From the NCBI GenBank assembly GCA_977016875.1, contig CDRNST010000144.1:310001-374000 (forward strand): DNA of 64,000 nucleotides, given 5' to 3'. The position numbers and the translations under genes are program-made. This DNA comes from Pavona decussata (Eukaryota). Below, in pieces: positions 1 through 13,636 of this stretch; the first letter of the stretch is position 1; each line of letters opens with the position of its first letter. The notes under the pieces are model-generated. The model made no database searches. It saw only the letters and a list, made by a program, of their open reading frames with translations, and was not told the DNA's origin.

Positions 1-423
1 TAAGAGGACATAAATCGTACAGCAGTTATCACTCTGTTCCTCTTCAACAAACAACTACAACTGCGTCCAGATCATCCACTGTTGGCTCATCGGATGCAAT
101 TTGGTCACTCATCTCCACGTTTTTTCAACGAGCTGTGACAGATATTCATGTGTGAAGCCCTCACCTTTTTACTAGACACAGGCCTGCCCTTGGAAAGAAC
201 ACAAGGACACGAAACAGACGAGGACGATGCCAAAGATGCCATTTTGGATCTTGTCCTTCTCGGGCAGCATGCATCTCGGTCGTACATAAGGACGGTGTGA
301 TGTCATTGTCATTTCTTCTTTTCATTGGTTCTTCGCATAAGGTAACATTCTGGGCGGGAAAATATTCCCGGCCTTTCTGAATTTTTACGTTCCCCATATT
401 TTACACAAAGTGACAAAGCTAGG

Positions 424-672
424 ATGGAGTCTTTTGATATTACTAAACTTTTTAACTTGTTAGATCCGGAAAAACAAAAATTTCTGCTTTCTGGGCTATT
501 GGCTAAGCAGCACCAAGATCAAGATAAACCCGCAACAGACGAAAAGACGACAAGCTGTGAGAGCGTGACTAACAAAAGCGAGAGTGAAGAGGGAGTTAGG
601 TTTACTGCGGATGAGCTCCTTGAAAAAGTTCGCGGAGGTAACAAAGAGACGGAGGCCCAAAACTACTTTAAG
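424..672 (+). other. Putative first coding exon of unknown protein
   Basis: ATG-initiated open frame MESFDITKLF...EAQNYFK followed by donor AAG|gtatg; no recognised domain. Confidence 0.3.
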
Positions 673-1067
673 GTATGCCGTGATTTTGCACCCATAAATT
701 GTATTTGATTTACTTAATCTTTGCATCAGTTGCAAGACGAAATACAGAAATATTATCCTACACTTACATGCATTTAAAGGCGAGCCTATACTCATTGCAC
801 GTTTAGCATAATTTCCTTAGTCCCCAAAGTTAAGACTTCGCTTTCTAAATGACGTGCTAGGAAAATAATAGGTTATCCTGAATACGGTGATAGAAAGCCT
901 TTTAACGTCTGTTTTCTTTTATCTTCATCTGCTTCTTGCTCTTTATTTGCTGTGATCGATTCTGGTCCCTAGCTTGCTTTGCGCTTAATGAACTAAGCTA
1001 CTGTATCATCCGGTTGGGTAATTTTGTTAGTTTGTGATCAACCATGAATAATGCCGAATAAATGTTA

Positions 1068-1200
1068 TTTCAGTTGGAGGAGCAATGCGTCGGTATCTCA
1101 GAGCACTTGGGTTCGATTCCAATAAAAGTCTTAATTTTTCCAGGATTTCTTTTTAACAAATATCTTACCAGTAAATCTTTCAGCTTATCACTCACTTCGT
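1068..1200 (+). mobile_element. Degenerate tRNA-derived SINE
   Basis: A-box-like ttcagttggaggagc, B-box gggttcgattcc, then a T-rich body. Confidence 0.55.
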
Positions 1201-2144
1201 TGTTGCATACAGCTGTAGATCGCGCACATTCATTGGCTGGTCCGTGGTCACATGTTGTCCAACAATGGCGCTTTTTCCCGCCAACAAGAAAACACGGTCA
1301 TTGTTCAATGATGAATCTTTTTTCCCCCTGTTTTGATAATTTTGTTCGGTGAAGTGAAGGAAATGTTGAAGTCTATTGATCAAACTCATTTTGTTTTATA
1401 TTTCTCGGAAGTGTAACGAAATATATCGGCGGCGACGATTCGATGGCCATTTTTTTATGTTGATTCTAACCGACTAGTATGTAAATCCTGGAGAAAAACT
1501 AGTAACACATTAACAGTAAGTTGCTGGTCTACAGCTTGTTTTAAAACAGACCTACCTTATTGACAGTTTCTGCTGAAGGAGGCTGCCAAACGAGCCAGAA
1601 TTTGGGATAAAGCCCCGCCATTTTCGAGAATTTCGGGAGGCAAATGGAACTCCTTCAACCAGTTGGTAAGTCTTCTTAGTTCTTCGTAATCTCTGCAGAC
1701 TGTCCAATTAATTCTGGACTATGCTGTAACCTTTTCACCGATTTGTGAAAACAATAATTATCAGACGCAATGAGAATGGAATACTGGTTCAACTGGGACG
1801 TACTTCAGTGCAGGATGCAACCACTTTGCATAGCGTATAAGTTGTGTGATCAAAACAAAGGGTTTATTCCTGTTTCGTTTATTTTTATGCCGAGCTTGTT
1901 GATTTAGTATAGGCAGCAATTTACCAGCTTTAATGTCAGCTGGGTGTTTTGTACCTAAGTTATCTTTGTTTGCATTGTACAGGTCATTGACTTTTGCCCC
2001 CAATTGAAGAACCGGTTTCATGATGTTAAAAAGTGCTTAAGCACTTCCCTGATCAATCGCAGAAATTATCTACCGCGAGTGGGAAAGTTGCAGGTGTGAT
2101 TCTTTATTCCATTTCATTTATTTCATTTCTTAAGTTTCATTTAA

Positions 2145-2446
2145 GTTCTCGGCTGCGAGTGCATGGAACAAACTACCAAGAGAGTTACGTGTGCTAAGAA
2201 CACTTGCACAGTTTAAGGTCAGAACTTTTACTTACTTGATGAACATGGATAGGGCCAATCATACATATGTATTTGTAAAAGCGACACTTAGTTCATTTTG
2301 TTATATTTCACTCACTATTTTTTACTGCTGTTTTTCATGTAAATATTTTTATATATTTCTTATGTGCTGGTCACCGATTAATACCAGTCTAACAACCTTT
2401 GTTGTTTGACTGACTGGTCTTTTATCGGGATAAATAAAGTTATTAT

Positions 2447-2489
<43 letters not shown>

Positions 2490-2490
2490 G
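2145..2490 (+). mobile_element. 3' fragment of CR1/L2-group LINE
   Basis: ORF2 C-terminal motif AASAWNKLPRELRVLRTLAQFK, 3'UTR, AATAAA and (TTA)n tail. Confidence 0.7.
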
Positions 2491-3296
2491 ATTGTAATAT
2501 ACAGTACAAAACAGCTACCAAAACTATCCAGTAAGTGTTCTGTGTACCTAAAAGGTGCATATATTTCATATAAGTTCCTAATTATCTGGCAGCTACTTGG
2601 TTGACCTTGAATTTCTGCTCGATTTTAATACACAAAACACAGTCTAAATTAAAGGATTATGGGAGGCAACTGTTTAAGTTGTGACTATTCAAAGACTTAC
2701 CCGGATAGCATAATGCTGTCTACTCTTACTTTGAATCAACAGAAGGGACGGAAGGAAATTAAGACTGACAAACCTGCAGTTAAAGAACCAGGGTAAGTTC
2801 AGTATGTTATTGACAGATGTTTAAACTGAATGAATGGGAGCCAGCTTATAAACGATTAAGAGCAATATCATATAATCCTGGAGGTTGCTATGTCAGAAAA
2901 TTTAAGTTCACTATGTTTGCAAGCGACTCACCTGAGACAGTTTGCCCTACGGTTATTGTTTTTATAATTCTTGAAGGTTATTGGTCTGTTATATGAAAAA
3001 TGAGATCTTTAATGGAATTAAAGATGAGATGCTATTCCCTGTTTTTAAATAGAGTTGCTGGTGATGATGGTGCATTATGAAGTGATAAGCTTGCATTGGA
3101 TTCTCACTTCGTGCTATAATCTCTTCAACAGACCAAATGCCAGTTGCTGGATATCTTCTAGTAACCATCGTTATTGTAACACAATTCCGCTAATTAATGA
3201 CTAACTTTCCAAGTAATTTTTCTGCTTGTGCAACCTTAATTTTTAAATGAGAATAAACCTCTTCCTGCTATACTGCACCTTATAACTCTTTCCACA

Positions 3297-3382
3297 CCTG
3301 GGTCTAAGGAAAGGGGTTCCACGTGAGGTTACACCAGTTACCACATAGCTGGTGTAAGGCAGTTCGAGTCTGCCAGGCTCCA
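3297..3382 (+). other. tRNA-like / Pol III B-box structure (pseudo-tRNA or SINE head)
   Basis: T-arm GGCAG-TTCGAGT-CTGCC followed by AGGCTCCA; preceded by 9-bp stem TTACACCAG/CTGGTGTAA; 5' acceptor strand incomplete. Confidence 0.45.
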
Positions 3383-5094
3383 AATAAGCAGTACTTAAGG
3401 CTGTGCAACCGTTTGTTTAACCCTTACACACGTTGGCATGTTGGATTAACAGCTTAACAATACACTTTAATTGACATAAAGAAACGTAACTTGTTGTGTT
3501 AAAATAATCTCAACATAAAATAATAATATGTTGGTGACCATGAGCTGGGTAAAAGGTGAGACCAGCTGGAAAAGGTATGTATCTTCCTGAATTGATTGTG
3601 CTTGATAAAAAAAACATGCATGCGCACTTCTGTAAATTCTTTGTACATACACAGAGAGACAATATCCACAAACCATACATTTCACAAATAGCATATTTGG
3701 ATTTGAGAAAGATAAAATGTCCACATGTGAAATGCAACATTATGCAAGTCATAAATATTTTACTGAAAAGCAGAACTGCACTTACTTAATTTCTCCCTCA
3801 TCCAAATTTGTTATTACTTCTGCAACTGAAAACCAACTAAAAATGTTTTACTTTTCTTGTCTATACATGTTTTTGACACAGACAATGTAAGTAAATAGAC
3901 GAGTTATTATGGAGTGTGGTATCACTAGGTTATCATTTTAAGGCAATCAGGATCATTAAATGATTACAAACATGCTCTGTAAATTTCATAGGATAGTTAA
4001 TATGGTGTTTGCCTGTTCAAATAAATGAACTGTTTAAATACTTATGTATTCATTTGCAGAGGTCTTGATCTTCTGAAGATTATGTTTAAAGGAAAATGTC
4101 TTGGCACAGGAGTGATAATTAAACAACAAAATGGTAAGATAAGTAATTATTATTTGTCCCATAGACAACTATTTTAAAATTCTCAATCTTGGTCATTGAA
4201 TTTTTAGCTTTCTCACTGGTTCATGCACCCTGTAGTCAGGTTATCAGCATAATTAATCGATAAATTGGATGCTGGGTCATGAATTAATCCTGCCACATTG
4301 ATTTCAAAGGTTTTCAGAAGTTTTGTCTCGAAGCATAATGAAAAATTCAATAACACTTCCCAATGTTGAGAATTTAATAAAATAATTAGAGTGACTTATT
4401 TATGTTAGATATACTGTACAAGGTAATGTAATATCTAACCAATTACTCACTTATCACTTCATGTTGAGCATTAGTGCCTATGGAATAACAGTGTTAAGTC
4501 TTTGAGTTCCTTAATCAAATTTACAGGCATAGACTAGCATTATCTTCCAAAACACTATTGTAAGTAATAACACTTTTCCTCTCTACGCTGAATTTCTGTA
4601 AATAGTAAATCGGTGAGAAAATCCAAAGCAATTCATCTGACTGGTCCATATAATTCGTCAAACTGTTAATTCAGATAACCAGAATCCTCCACAGTTCATA
4701 GAGAACCAGCTCATGATCAGGTTTACAAGTAAATCAAGAGTTGTTCTCAATTTTTTGGTTTTAGAAATGTTTTCTAGAGTTTTGCTTAAATCAAAGTATT
4801 TGAACACCGGCCTTGGAGAGTTCAGTCTCCCGCAAACTACAGATGGGAAAACAAAACTCGATGAACTGAAGGTCAGTGTCTATATATAGTCAATAACAGT
4901 GTTTGGTTTTTGAATGCATGCTAATATGAACGAGTTGTAACTCGTGGGAGCAATCTCATGCTCCCACTCAATCGGGTGAAGTTGACTTTACTGGAACAAC
5001 TCCTTATACAACATATACAGTTTATAAGCTGACTGAAACACATGGCTCAATAAAAGTATGAGGCATGATCCCTGGCCTCTGGCAATAAAAAACC

Positions 5095-5181
5095 TCCTTC
5101 TTCTTCTTCTCCTCCTCCTCCTTCAGTTCTTCTTTTCCTTCTTTTAATCCGATCCTCCCCCTCCTCCTCTTTCTTCTTCTT
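5095..5181. repeat. CT-rich low-complexity tract
   Basis: (CTT)n and (CTC)n runs. Confidence 0.85.
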
Positions 5182-5266
5182 TATGATTATTTAGCAACTG
5201 GAAGTCATTTGCTATTTGTGCCTTCTGACTTGGGTGGAGGTTTTTAATAGCAAGACTGCTGATTCA

Positions 5267-5769
5267 GGGTGGGAAAAACATGGACCCAATCCAAAGGGTA
5301 AGGGGACTTTTCACTCATATGGACTTGGACCTGACTGACATGGACCCCATTTTGTCTCTCATAGAAAAATAGAAAGACATAAATCTGGTAATATTAGGAA
5401 GCTAATTTTAGATTTTGATCTTGTGGTCATACCTGATCTTTTACAAGGGTTTGTACTTTGCTTCAATGAAACAAATCGAAGGGAAACAATTAAGTTGTGG
5501 ATCAAAATAATAATCATTTAAACATTAATAGTCCCCTTTATATATGACAACAACTTTATCGATCTTTGGTGCTAGGGGTACTGCTGTCCCAAAATCCTGC
5601 AATTTGACTAGTTACTTGAATAATATCTGTTCCATTTCAATTCATTTCATTTTACTTTATTCAATGGCATGGGTCCATGGACCAGGTCCATATAAGTGCT
5701 CCAACTTGGACCTGGTACAAAGAGGTTTCCATGGATGCCTAGCGTAAGTCCAAGTTTTTTCCTGACGCC
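5267..5769. mobile_element. Degenerate MITE-like element
   Basis: Imperfect terminal inverted repeats (gggtgggaaaaacatggac / gtccaagttttttcctgacgcc) and subterminal atggacc/ggtccat motifs. Confidence 0.45.
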
Positions 5770-7722
5770 GTGATCTATTTGGAGTGTACAGTCATTCTGC
5801 AGGATGGATTATTCTTTTGAAATCACATGGCAATAAAATTGTACTATAAAAGTAAAGAGCTTTTATGCTGACATTACACTAACAGTTTTCTAATCAGAAC
5901 CAGGAGGGAAAATTAGGGGTAACATAGTTATTCTAAAGGTAACATGTATATTTGTTTGCAGGTGGGAATGGAATTCCTATGGAAATCCGAGAGCCGGTAC
6001 GAACGGCACAACGCTCCTGCAGCGTTACATAAGTTTACACTTTCAGTTGCACAGCACTAATGCGTCGCTGTTGCAGTGTTCTTGAATCGGTCAAGCGTCC
6101 GAAGCAGAAAATCAAACGCTGCATAAAAGTTGCAAAATTTAACAATGATAAAGCAATGTTTAAGTAGCACTGCAAATCATTGCTAAAAAGCTGCAGCTGC
6201 AACATGTGTGAACATCTCCAGCTAACTAGAATACTTAGATTTCTTAGCGCTGCTAATCCAGACTGGAAGATTGCACATTCAATGCAGACAGACCATTGGA
6301 AATTACACGCACGTGTGCAGTAATTCGGACAAGAAAATGTAAGCTTAAGTATATCTACTATTCGAAGCAATAAACGAAGGAGTTTCTTAGAAAATATAAC
6401 CTACGCTTTGTTCTGATAGCACCCTAAACATAACACGTATCTCGCATGATCTTGGAGTGGCATGCATTGGATCGAAGGGTACGTTTCTACTGAGAATTGC
6501 AATTTTCTCACCTCTTCTGCGGGATGAGTGTGAATGTCCTACGTTATTCTACGAACGCCTCTAGCTGAAAAGGTTGTAATGAGCAAAAGAAAAAAAGATA
6601 ACAACTGAAGCTGCAATGTATAAATGTACGTAATCGGTAACATTTTGGCAGTACGTTCCACTAGTGATATACGCAGGCTCTGGTCAGCGGCAACTAGTAT
6701 CAAGCGAGCGAGATCGATGTGAAACTGACTGTGAAACTCAGATGCTTCAGATGTACTTCTTGCTGTTTTAAAACGTCGTTTTCCTTGGGGCTCACTCTTC
6801 GTAACATCATAGTCGAGCTGTAGATCGACTGGCCATGCGATTTGTTCAATTTCATCCCCAAGTAACCTGACATATATCGCTGCAGGTTTTCTCTAAGTCA
6901 GTTTTTGTGAGCTGAGATATACCGGTTTTAACGTCGGAGATTAAGTCACTGGATTCTTCCATTTCGTTTTAAACAAGATGCCTATTGCCATTCACGCTTG
7001 ATGGCTTTATTTCCCATTGTACCCGACTCGGTCACGATAATATATGTTTGTGTTGACAGACTCTTTCCTTGCCTAGTCAGAGAAAATAGCGTGCTAGTAA
7101 CCTGCTCACGCAATGATTGGTTTCCGTGTTAGTTGTCTACCGGTCATAAATGAAAGTGCGCTATGAATTGTTCTGATCAGTAAAAGGAAGGTGGGGTAGA
7201 AAGTGTACCACAGCTACGTTTCAAGAAAAAGCAGACGTAATGAAGGAGAAGGGAAAGACAAACCGGCCAATTTCGTGATACCCATGCAAAGTCCACTAGA
7301 TGACGAGTGCGCTATTTCCGGAATTTCCGCCATGTCAAAGTACTCAAGAATGGACGCCAAACGCCATTTCATCATCAATTAAAATTCAGCAAACAAGAAT
7401 AAAACTCTTAGATGGTTTGATTTTTTTAGTTCTTCGGAAAGAACCATCAATAATAAAAAAAAAATTCAGGAAAGGTGTTATTTTTTCTGATGGCTTTAAT
7501 CTTTAACAGCCACCTGAAAGAAAACTACCTTATTTTTTTTGCAATAAAAGGTATGTGCACGGCAGATAAGGAAAACATTTCAATCATGCTGACAGATTTT
7601 ACTGAAAAAGGACCATATTAATCGTTCGAAGCGAGGCTGGGGTGTGTTGCGCGCAAAATTTGAATTGAAGTGACCTTCTTGTAGTTCTAACGACGGGAGT
7701 GCTTCATTAGATTTTCAGTGAT

Positions 7723-8861
7723 ATGTCTGTAGCAAACCTTGCAAGCAAACTTCTCCAACTCGAGGCACCAGCTGAAAAATCGATTGGTCAGAAAAGGGAA
7801 GAGCCCAACGAAATATGCCATTGTCTACTGGATTGAAACCAAACATTTTAATGTCATGGCGTTGTTCAAAATTCCGAAAGACAAGAGAGAGGAGGGAGCT
7901 TCGGCAACTTTAACAGCTGAAGGCAAGGGATGGGCGACAAAGATAGTTAAAATTGGAGGTAAGAAGACAATATATGCTGCACCAAGATTAAAAAATCGGT
8001 TGGCTTTTTATTCGACCAGAGATTTCAAAATGAAAGTTCGGAAAGCATTTTGGCGCCCAACAAAGTGGGTTTAACTGTACGTTATATTTTGTTCAGTTTT
8101 ATTTCCAGTTTTGAAGATCGAAGTCAAGAACGATCAGTGATAGTTGCCTGAGACAATTCCACTAAATTACGCAGTTTTCCCTGCCAGATTTGCTGTTGAG
8201 CGTGGTATCAGTTAACCAGCGCCTAGACCGTTGCAAAATGGCATTTCTTTCAGCGTGGACAAACATTTCTACATTTGCACATCAAGGAATAAGTCAGAAC
8301 AGTCACAAAACCCAGCATGACAATTCTACGTAGATGTTTCAAAGGTACAGATGTTGTGCCACACTGGTTTCTACGCAATTACATTCCCTTGAAATGTGCA
8401 TCAGAAAGTATAAATTATAATGAAGCCACTGTCATTCCCTTCACAGAGAACAAAGCTTTCCTTACCGATCACATGAATACGTTGATAGATGAAGTAATGA
8501 AGGCAAGTCAGTGCAGCGAGATCAAGAGCTTCTCATCTAGCAAGGAACAGGCAACCCGAAAGCGAAAATTGCAAATTGACAACGGTAAAGATCACTCCAG
8601 CTTAAAAGACCCAGAAAATGTCCCTCGTCAAAAGGCGAAGAAAAAGAAAGTGAGTGGAAGCGAGAAGCGAACTAAATCAAAGTCTCTATCAGTGAAAGAA
8701 AAAGAAAAGGAAAACTGTTTGGGCTCCAATGACCAGTCTCCCAGAAACCAAGCTTCTGCAAAAAAGAAAAGCTCCAAGAAGGACAAGGAGAAAGCAAAAA
8801 CCCATGCTGCCAACCAAGCTGCTCTACAGTTCACACCAGAAGATTGTTCATGCAATCATTG
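7723..8861 (+). pseudogene. Spliced gene fragment with a Lys/Ser-rich exon, probably a TE accessory gene
   Basis: Exon ending WATKIVKIG with donor G|gtaag at 7958 joins in phase with acceptor cag|AG at 8447 (ENKAFLTDHM...); next donor at 8861; frameshift near 7800. Confidence 0.45.
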
Positions 8862-10192
8862 GTAAGATCAGTAAGATGAACCGAATGATAACTACACTGA
8901 TTTCGTTTTTAAAATAAATTGCCCTAAATTATACGACCATCACGCAATGACGTTCAATATCATCACTTGTCTAGAAGTCGCTAGATTTCTTCGCTTCGCT
9001 TAATTTAATCATTGTAGTATAAGATGACGAAGGTGAGGCCGAGAAAGTCAGAATTGCCTCCATGCATTGACATATAGTGCTAAACTTGACAAGGTTTCTT
9101 GCATGTAAACAACAATCCATGTGACGCATTTCATTCACGTGATCAAGTATGAAACATTAGAGTGTGCGGAAATTATTGGACATCGGGTCTTAAAACTAAT
9201 CGCACTGTTTTATTGTTTGTTCATAGTATATGCTAAGAAGTGCCATTCCGTGTGGTTGAAGGACAATAAACTAAAGGACCCAGAGGCGAAATTAGATTGG
9301 GGTCGAATAATCCGCAACAAATACATGTGTCACTGCTGTTCGACGGCTTCAGAGAAAGCTCACGCTTACAAACGATAAGTGACTGTGCACGTTGAAAACG
9401 ATTTATATAGTTTTCCAACTTTTATTTTATTTTATGGATCTTGTGTACCGAAAGTTTCAGTTGTAAGTCTATATTAATACGCGAGACATATTAAGACGTT
9501 TGTTACATGTTATAATGTTAATTATAGCCTCAACAAGCTGTTCGAATTAGACGAAATTTGTACATGTACATGTCACTGTACAAATGCAATACTGATACAT
9601 GTAATTATTATGCCTTAATTTGAGCCTAGTTAAATAAATACCGCAGGGTTGTCTGCCTTTTTTATTTATTTTAAAAATAGTGCTACTCGTGACCGAAAAA
9701 ATTGATTTTGACAGGATACGTCAGCATCGTAATACCCATAACGTAACAACAAATGTGTTGTGCTGACTATCGATTAATGCTGCGTTACGGCCAAGCTAAA
9801 TTCACGCTGCGACTGGATTGGAGCTACAAGAATACACCACTGTTTTGTGATAGTTATGCTCATAGACGTGGATGCATATTTATCTATTGAAAATCAGCGC
9901 TCGCATCACGCGACCGCTGCGCAAGCAATGCTTATCTAGCCGTAGCTCAATCAATAGCTTTGCATGACTTTTTACGGGCAGTTTTCTGACAACTCTTCTA
10001 CAGCGCACGGCTACCTTCCTGCAACGCACTGCCTAGCTTATGCATAATTCATGCAGCCATTTTTCGAAAGTCAGGCACCGCTAAAAAATGTAACTTTCGT
10101 GCAACCTTTCTGCAACGCTTCTCGCAGCGTTCGTGCGTCGCTCAAGCAACGTTGCTTAACAGTAATTTGTTTGGTACGGGAGGCTGCAGATC

Positions 10193-11018
10193 GTGTCCAG
10201 CAACAAGGCAATGGCCAAATCCCCACCAAAGGAGGGAAAAACCAAAGCTAAGCAGAAATCCAAGACTAGGAGACTGAGTGTAGAGGCACATTCACCCACC
10301 CCATCTACATCTACGTCTATATCTTCACCATCCACAGTGCATTCATCCACCCCATCTACGTCTACGTCTATGTCTTCACCAGCCACAGTGCATTCATCCA
10401 CCCTTCCTTCTTCTTGTTCTAATTCTTTGTGTACGTCTGTCACACAATTATTATCACAACCCAATACTCCACCACCATCCATCACACCTAGTAACTATCG
10501 AGGGTGGGTGAATGTACCTGTAGATAAGTTTATACCAAAGGATATCTTCTTAACAACAACCTGCAGTGGGAAAAGAGCAAAGAAGGCTAAACAACAGTTT
10601 GATATCTAGCTCAATTGAAAACGCCAAACTGTTAAAGTTCGAGTAAAATACAATATTATTGGTCTCTAGTTATTTGCATGAAAAAGCAAGGGGGTGGTCT
10701 ATCTTCTGAAGATTTAACCTGAACATTTTTAAACTGAACTTTTAAACGGGAACAAACTTCAAAAAGCATCAACACTTTTTTTTGCAAAGAAGGTATCTTA
10801 GAACATTTGTGCCGATTTTCAGCCCAATCGGTTGGGTGATGCGGGAAATTTTGTTTGTCACCAATTTGGCTTGACTGGCACTGACTGCTTCTTCAGGTTG
10901 TTCTGGCTTATCGCCATCCAAGTCCTTCAACAATTTTTGCCTGATAAAAATATGAGCCGCGATCGCTTGAAGAAAGACAATGTGCACGCTCATCGCTGAT
11001 GGGAATTCGGCCACTGTG
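10193..11018 (+). mobile_element. Putative right-end fragment of a Transib-like DNA transposon
   Basis: Ser/Thr-rich ORF end (10193-10609), then noncoding DNA ending in CACTGTG at 11012-11018 (minus strand CACAGTGGCCGAATT); left end not found. Confidence 0.4.
10287..10405 (+). repeat. 54-bp coding tandem repeat (~2.2 copies)
   Basis: Encodes HS(P/S)TPSTSTS(I/M)SSP(S/A)TV twice. Confidence 0.85.
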
Positions 11019-12887
11019 TTGCCCTTTTGCCTTCTTTGCTAATTTAAATGGACACAAAGTTTTCTTTCACTTAATGCGAGGGCATCAAAACAACGACAGT
11101 AGAGCAAAATAATTTTTTTAGAGAAACTAATGATACCAAAGTTGATTAGATGGATGGCTTACGTGTACGCTTGCTTTGCTGTGATAAATATCATGCTGAA
11201 ATGTTTCATGTTCATATTACACATGACTTGCGGCGAATATTAATTAGCGGTGACAGAACTGGTGACTTCCAAATTGTCATAAAACTGGTAAAAAACTAAA
11301 CAATTGTACTTAATTAATAAGTAATGAAGGTGAGGCACAAGTGAAAGAATGCAAAGTTCATATTAAGGTGCAACACAGCAAAGGCAAGATAATGAAAAAA
11401 GGCAACGGCAGTGCTGACATGGATGAAAGTTTTCTGATAAATATTACAACAGTTAAAGATGTCTCCTCCATGAATCATAATTACTCCATATCTGCACTTT
11501 CCTTGGGGCGATTTCAAGAATGGAAACCTTGGTAGTGTTATGAGGAATGCTGGATAAATGATTAGATGAGGTTTGGAGCAATAAATGAATAGTAGGAACC
11601 CATGCCTTTTAATTTGGTTGTATATTCACGTTAGCCACTGATAAAGCAATTACCTGACCTAATTTGAAGGAATATTGTTGTGACCACTTGCCAGACAGCT
11701 CTATCGAGATTAATCACTTGTAAGGTAGAAACAGAAAGAATCATCTTTAGTCTTTTAGCTTATTATACAAAACCAAAGCTGAACAATCTTGAACACTGCA
11801 GATTTGTTTTATTGAGTGGTTGGATTGTTTTAAATTGGTGTGACATATGGCCTGAATCTTGAACAGTGTGGTTGCCCTCAGTCTGGCCATTCATATTGAC
11901 ATCTCTTGTGTATTGCTCCTGTCATTCAAATTTTCACTGTGACAGATAATGTTCTATTATCACAGAGGTACTTCATTTTTGTGGAATGAATCCTGCTTTC
12001 TTGTCACCAATATGTTTTGTTATTCTCTTTCTCTTAGGGCATACATGGATATAATGCTCTTCTTGCTAGGAAGTTTCAGATGATGGTATTTTTTTTGTCA
12101 TTTCTACCAAAAAATTTAAGAGAACCATACACATTTACAGTATATTAACTTACTATTTATCCCTCTGAAATTCAAAGGGGAAGGCAATCTACATTTTCAG
12201 TTCCTATTTTTTCCAACGATGGAATAATGCATTTCAAAGCAGCACACCTGGAAAAGTTCTTCATTCTGTGTGTCAGGTAATAATTATAAAGTCAGTGATA
12301 CATATTATTTATGCTAATTATCATTATTACTGTAAACATTACTTTGTTTATAACATAGCACATATGGTTCAGGATGTAAGTAAGTAAGTACATGTAAGTA
12401 CAAGTCTGGTGAGCCTCTGGAATGGATTTTCATTCATTAAATCACGCTTCCAATCAAGTGAGTAAGCGAATGTGGGCTTATAGGAACTTGCCCTTCCTGA
12501 GCATTTTGAAATTAAATTGCTCTAAAAGACAATTGTCTATTTTGGAACTAAAATAAATGAGGAATTAATAATATTAATTTATGAGGCCTTGGACTTGGGG
12601 CTCAAATACATGCAGAATCAAAGATAATGCAATTAAATTATTTATAGATACTGTTCATTACTATATATAAACATCTACGCTATTGTGATCAGATCAGACA
12701 TTTTTATTAATAACAACCCACCTTCTACTCCAATGAACCAAGAATATCTTACCCATATCGTGCGTGTTAACACAAAGAAAAAAGACAACGATGATAATTG
12801 GAATTTACTTCAATACAAAGAAGCCTAACATATCAAGCGCTCAGCAATGAATAATGGTTTAAAGGGGGTCTTGACAATCTGTGAGCC

Positions 12888-13041
12888 AGCGAGCCATGCG
12901 AGGCAGCCGTACGAGGCACTCAAAGCACTCCGGTTAGCTTAAATAGCTCCCCGGTTAGCATTTATCTTGGGGGTTGTTCATGCCTCGCAAGCCTCGCATG
13001 TTTTGTTCATGCCTCTCACGTCTGCCTCGCGTGGCTTGCAC
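12888..13041. mobile_element. Short inverted-repeat (MITE-like) element
   Basis: gcgagccatgcgaggcagccgtacgaggca is the imperfect reverse complement of tgcctctcacgtctgcctcgcgtggcttgc. Confidence 0.5.
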
Positions 13042-13317
13042 ATTGGCCACACTCATTTAAAGGCTACCAGAGAACTATGCCTATTCTCCTGAAATTTTTA
13101 TTCTTGTTTTGTATTTTCATGTGCATGTTTTAAATTGCTAATTTACCATCTTTCACTATTTAAATCATAGCTACTTGTTGTCACCTTAGTCTGAAGATGA
13201 TATAGTATCATATCGAAATATAACAATTAAGTACATACACCAATGTTTCCTTGCATTTGTTGTCCATATCATTGACACAATGCATTTCCTGGGAATTACA
13301 TTTATTCTCTCTATTTT

Positions 13318-13636
13318 CTCTTCATACACGCCCATCTGATATATACAAATATTTATGATATGTCGTTTAAAGTGACTCAAGGTGCCCCAAAATGATCTGA
13401 AATACTAAAAATATTTGAAGAGAAACTGAATGCGCATATATAATAATAGTAGCCATCAATACGTTTTGCATGATGCCTGTTCGGTAAATGCCCTGGTCTT
13501 GTTTTAGACATAAATGCCAATAACCGCAAACTAATTTTGGCAACAGTTCAAGTCCAAACCAAGCACTGCGAACATAACATGTCAATCAACTTCATCCCTA
13601 CAGTGAAATTCCAAAAGGTACCAGGATTCATAAAAT
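13318..13636. repeat. Dispersed repeat, copy 1 (copy 2 at ~25216-25520)
   Basis: Colinear ~300-bp similarity (cacgcccatctgatatatacaaatattta...gattcataaaa); the matching minus-strand ORFs 13367-13585 and 25220-25477 are homologous. Confidence 0.9.

Larger units (their letters stand above)
2742..5996 (+). other. Possible multi-exon gene or pseudogene remnant
   Basis: Short AG...GT bounded segments at ~2742-2791, ~4060-4132, ~4778-4871 (VLLKSKYLNTGLGEFSLPQTTDGKTKLDELK) and ~5962-5996; product not identified. Confidence 0.3.

Noticed and set aside
2378-2569. ORFs with poly-Ile runs (also 20582-20927 and 29020-29202)
   Set aside because: Translations of (ATT)n microsatellites.
6030-6962. Frameshifted minus-strand coding relic divergent from the 7723 gene
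   Set aside because: Looks protein-like, but I could not assign a family.
10313-10390. Two CACAGTG heptamers
   Set aside because: Both lie inside the 54-bp coding tandem repeat, not at element termini.
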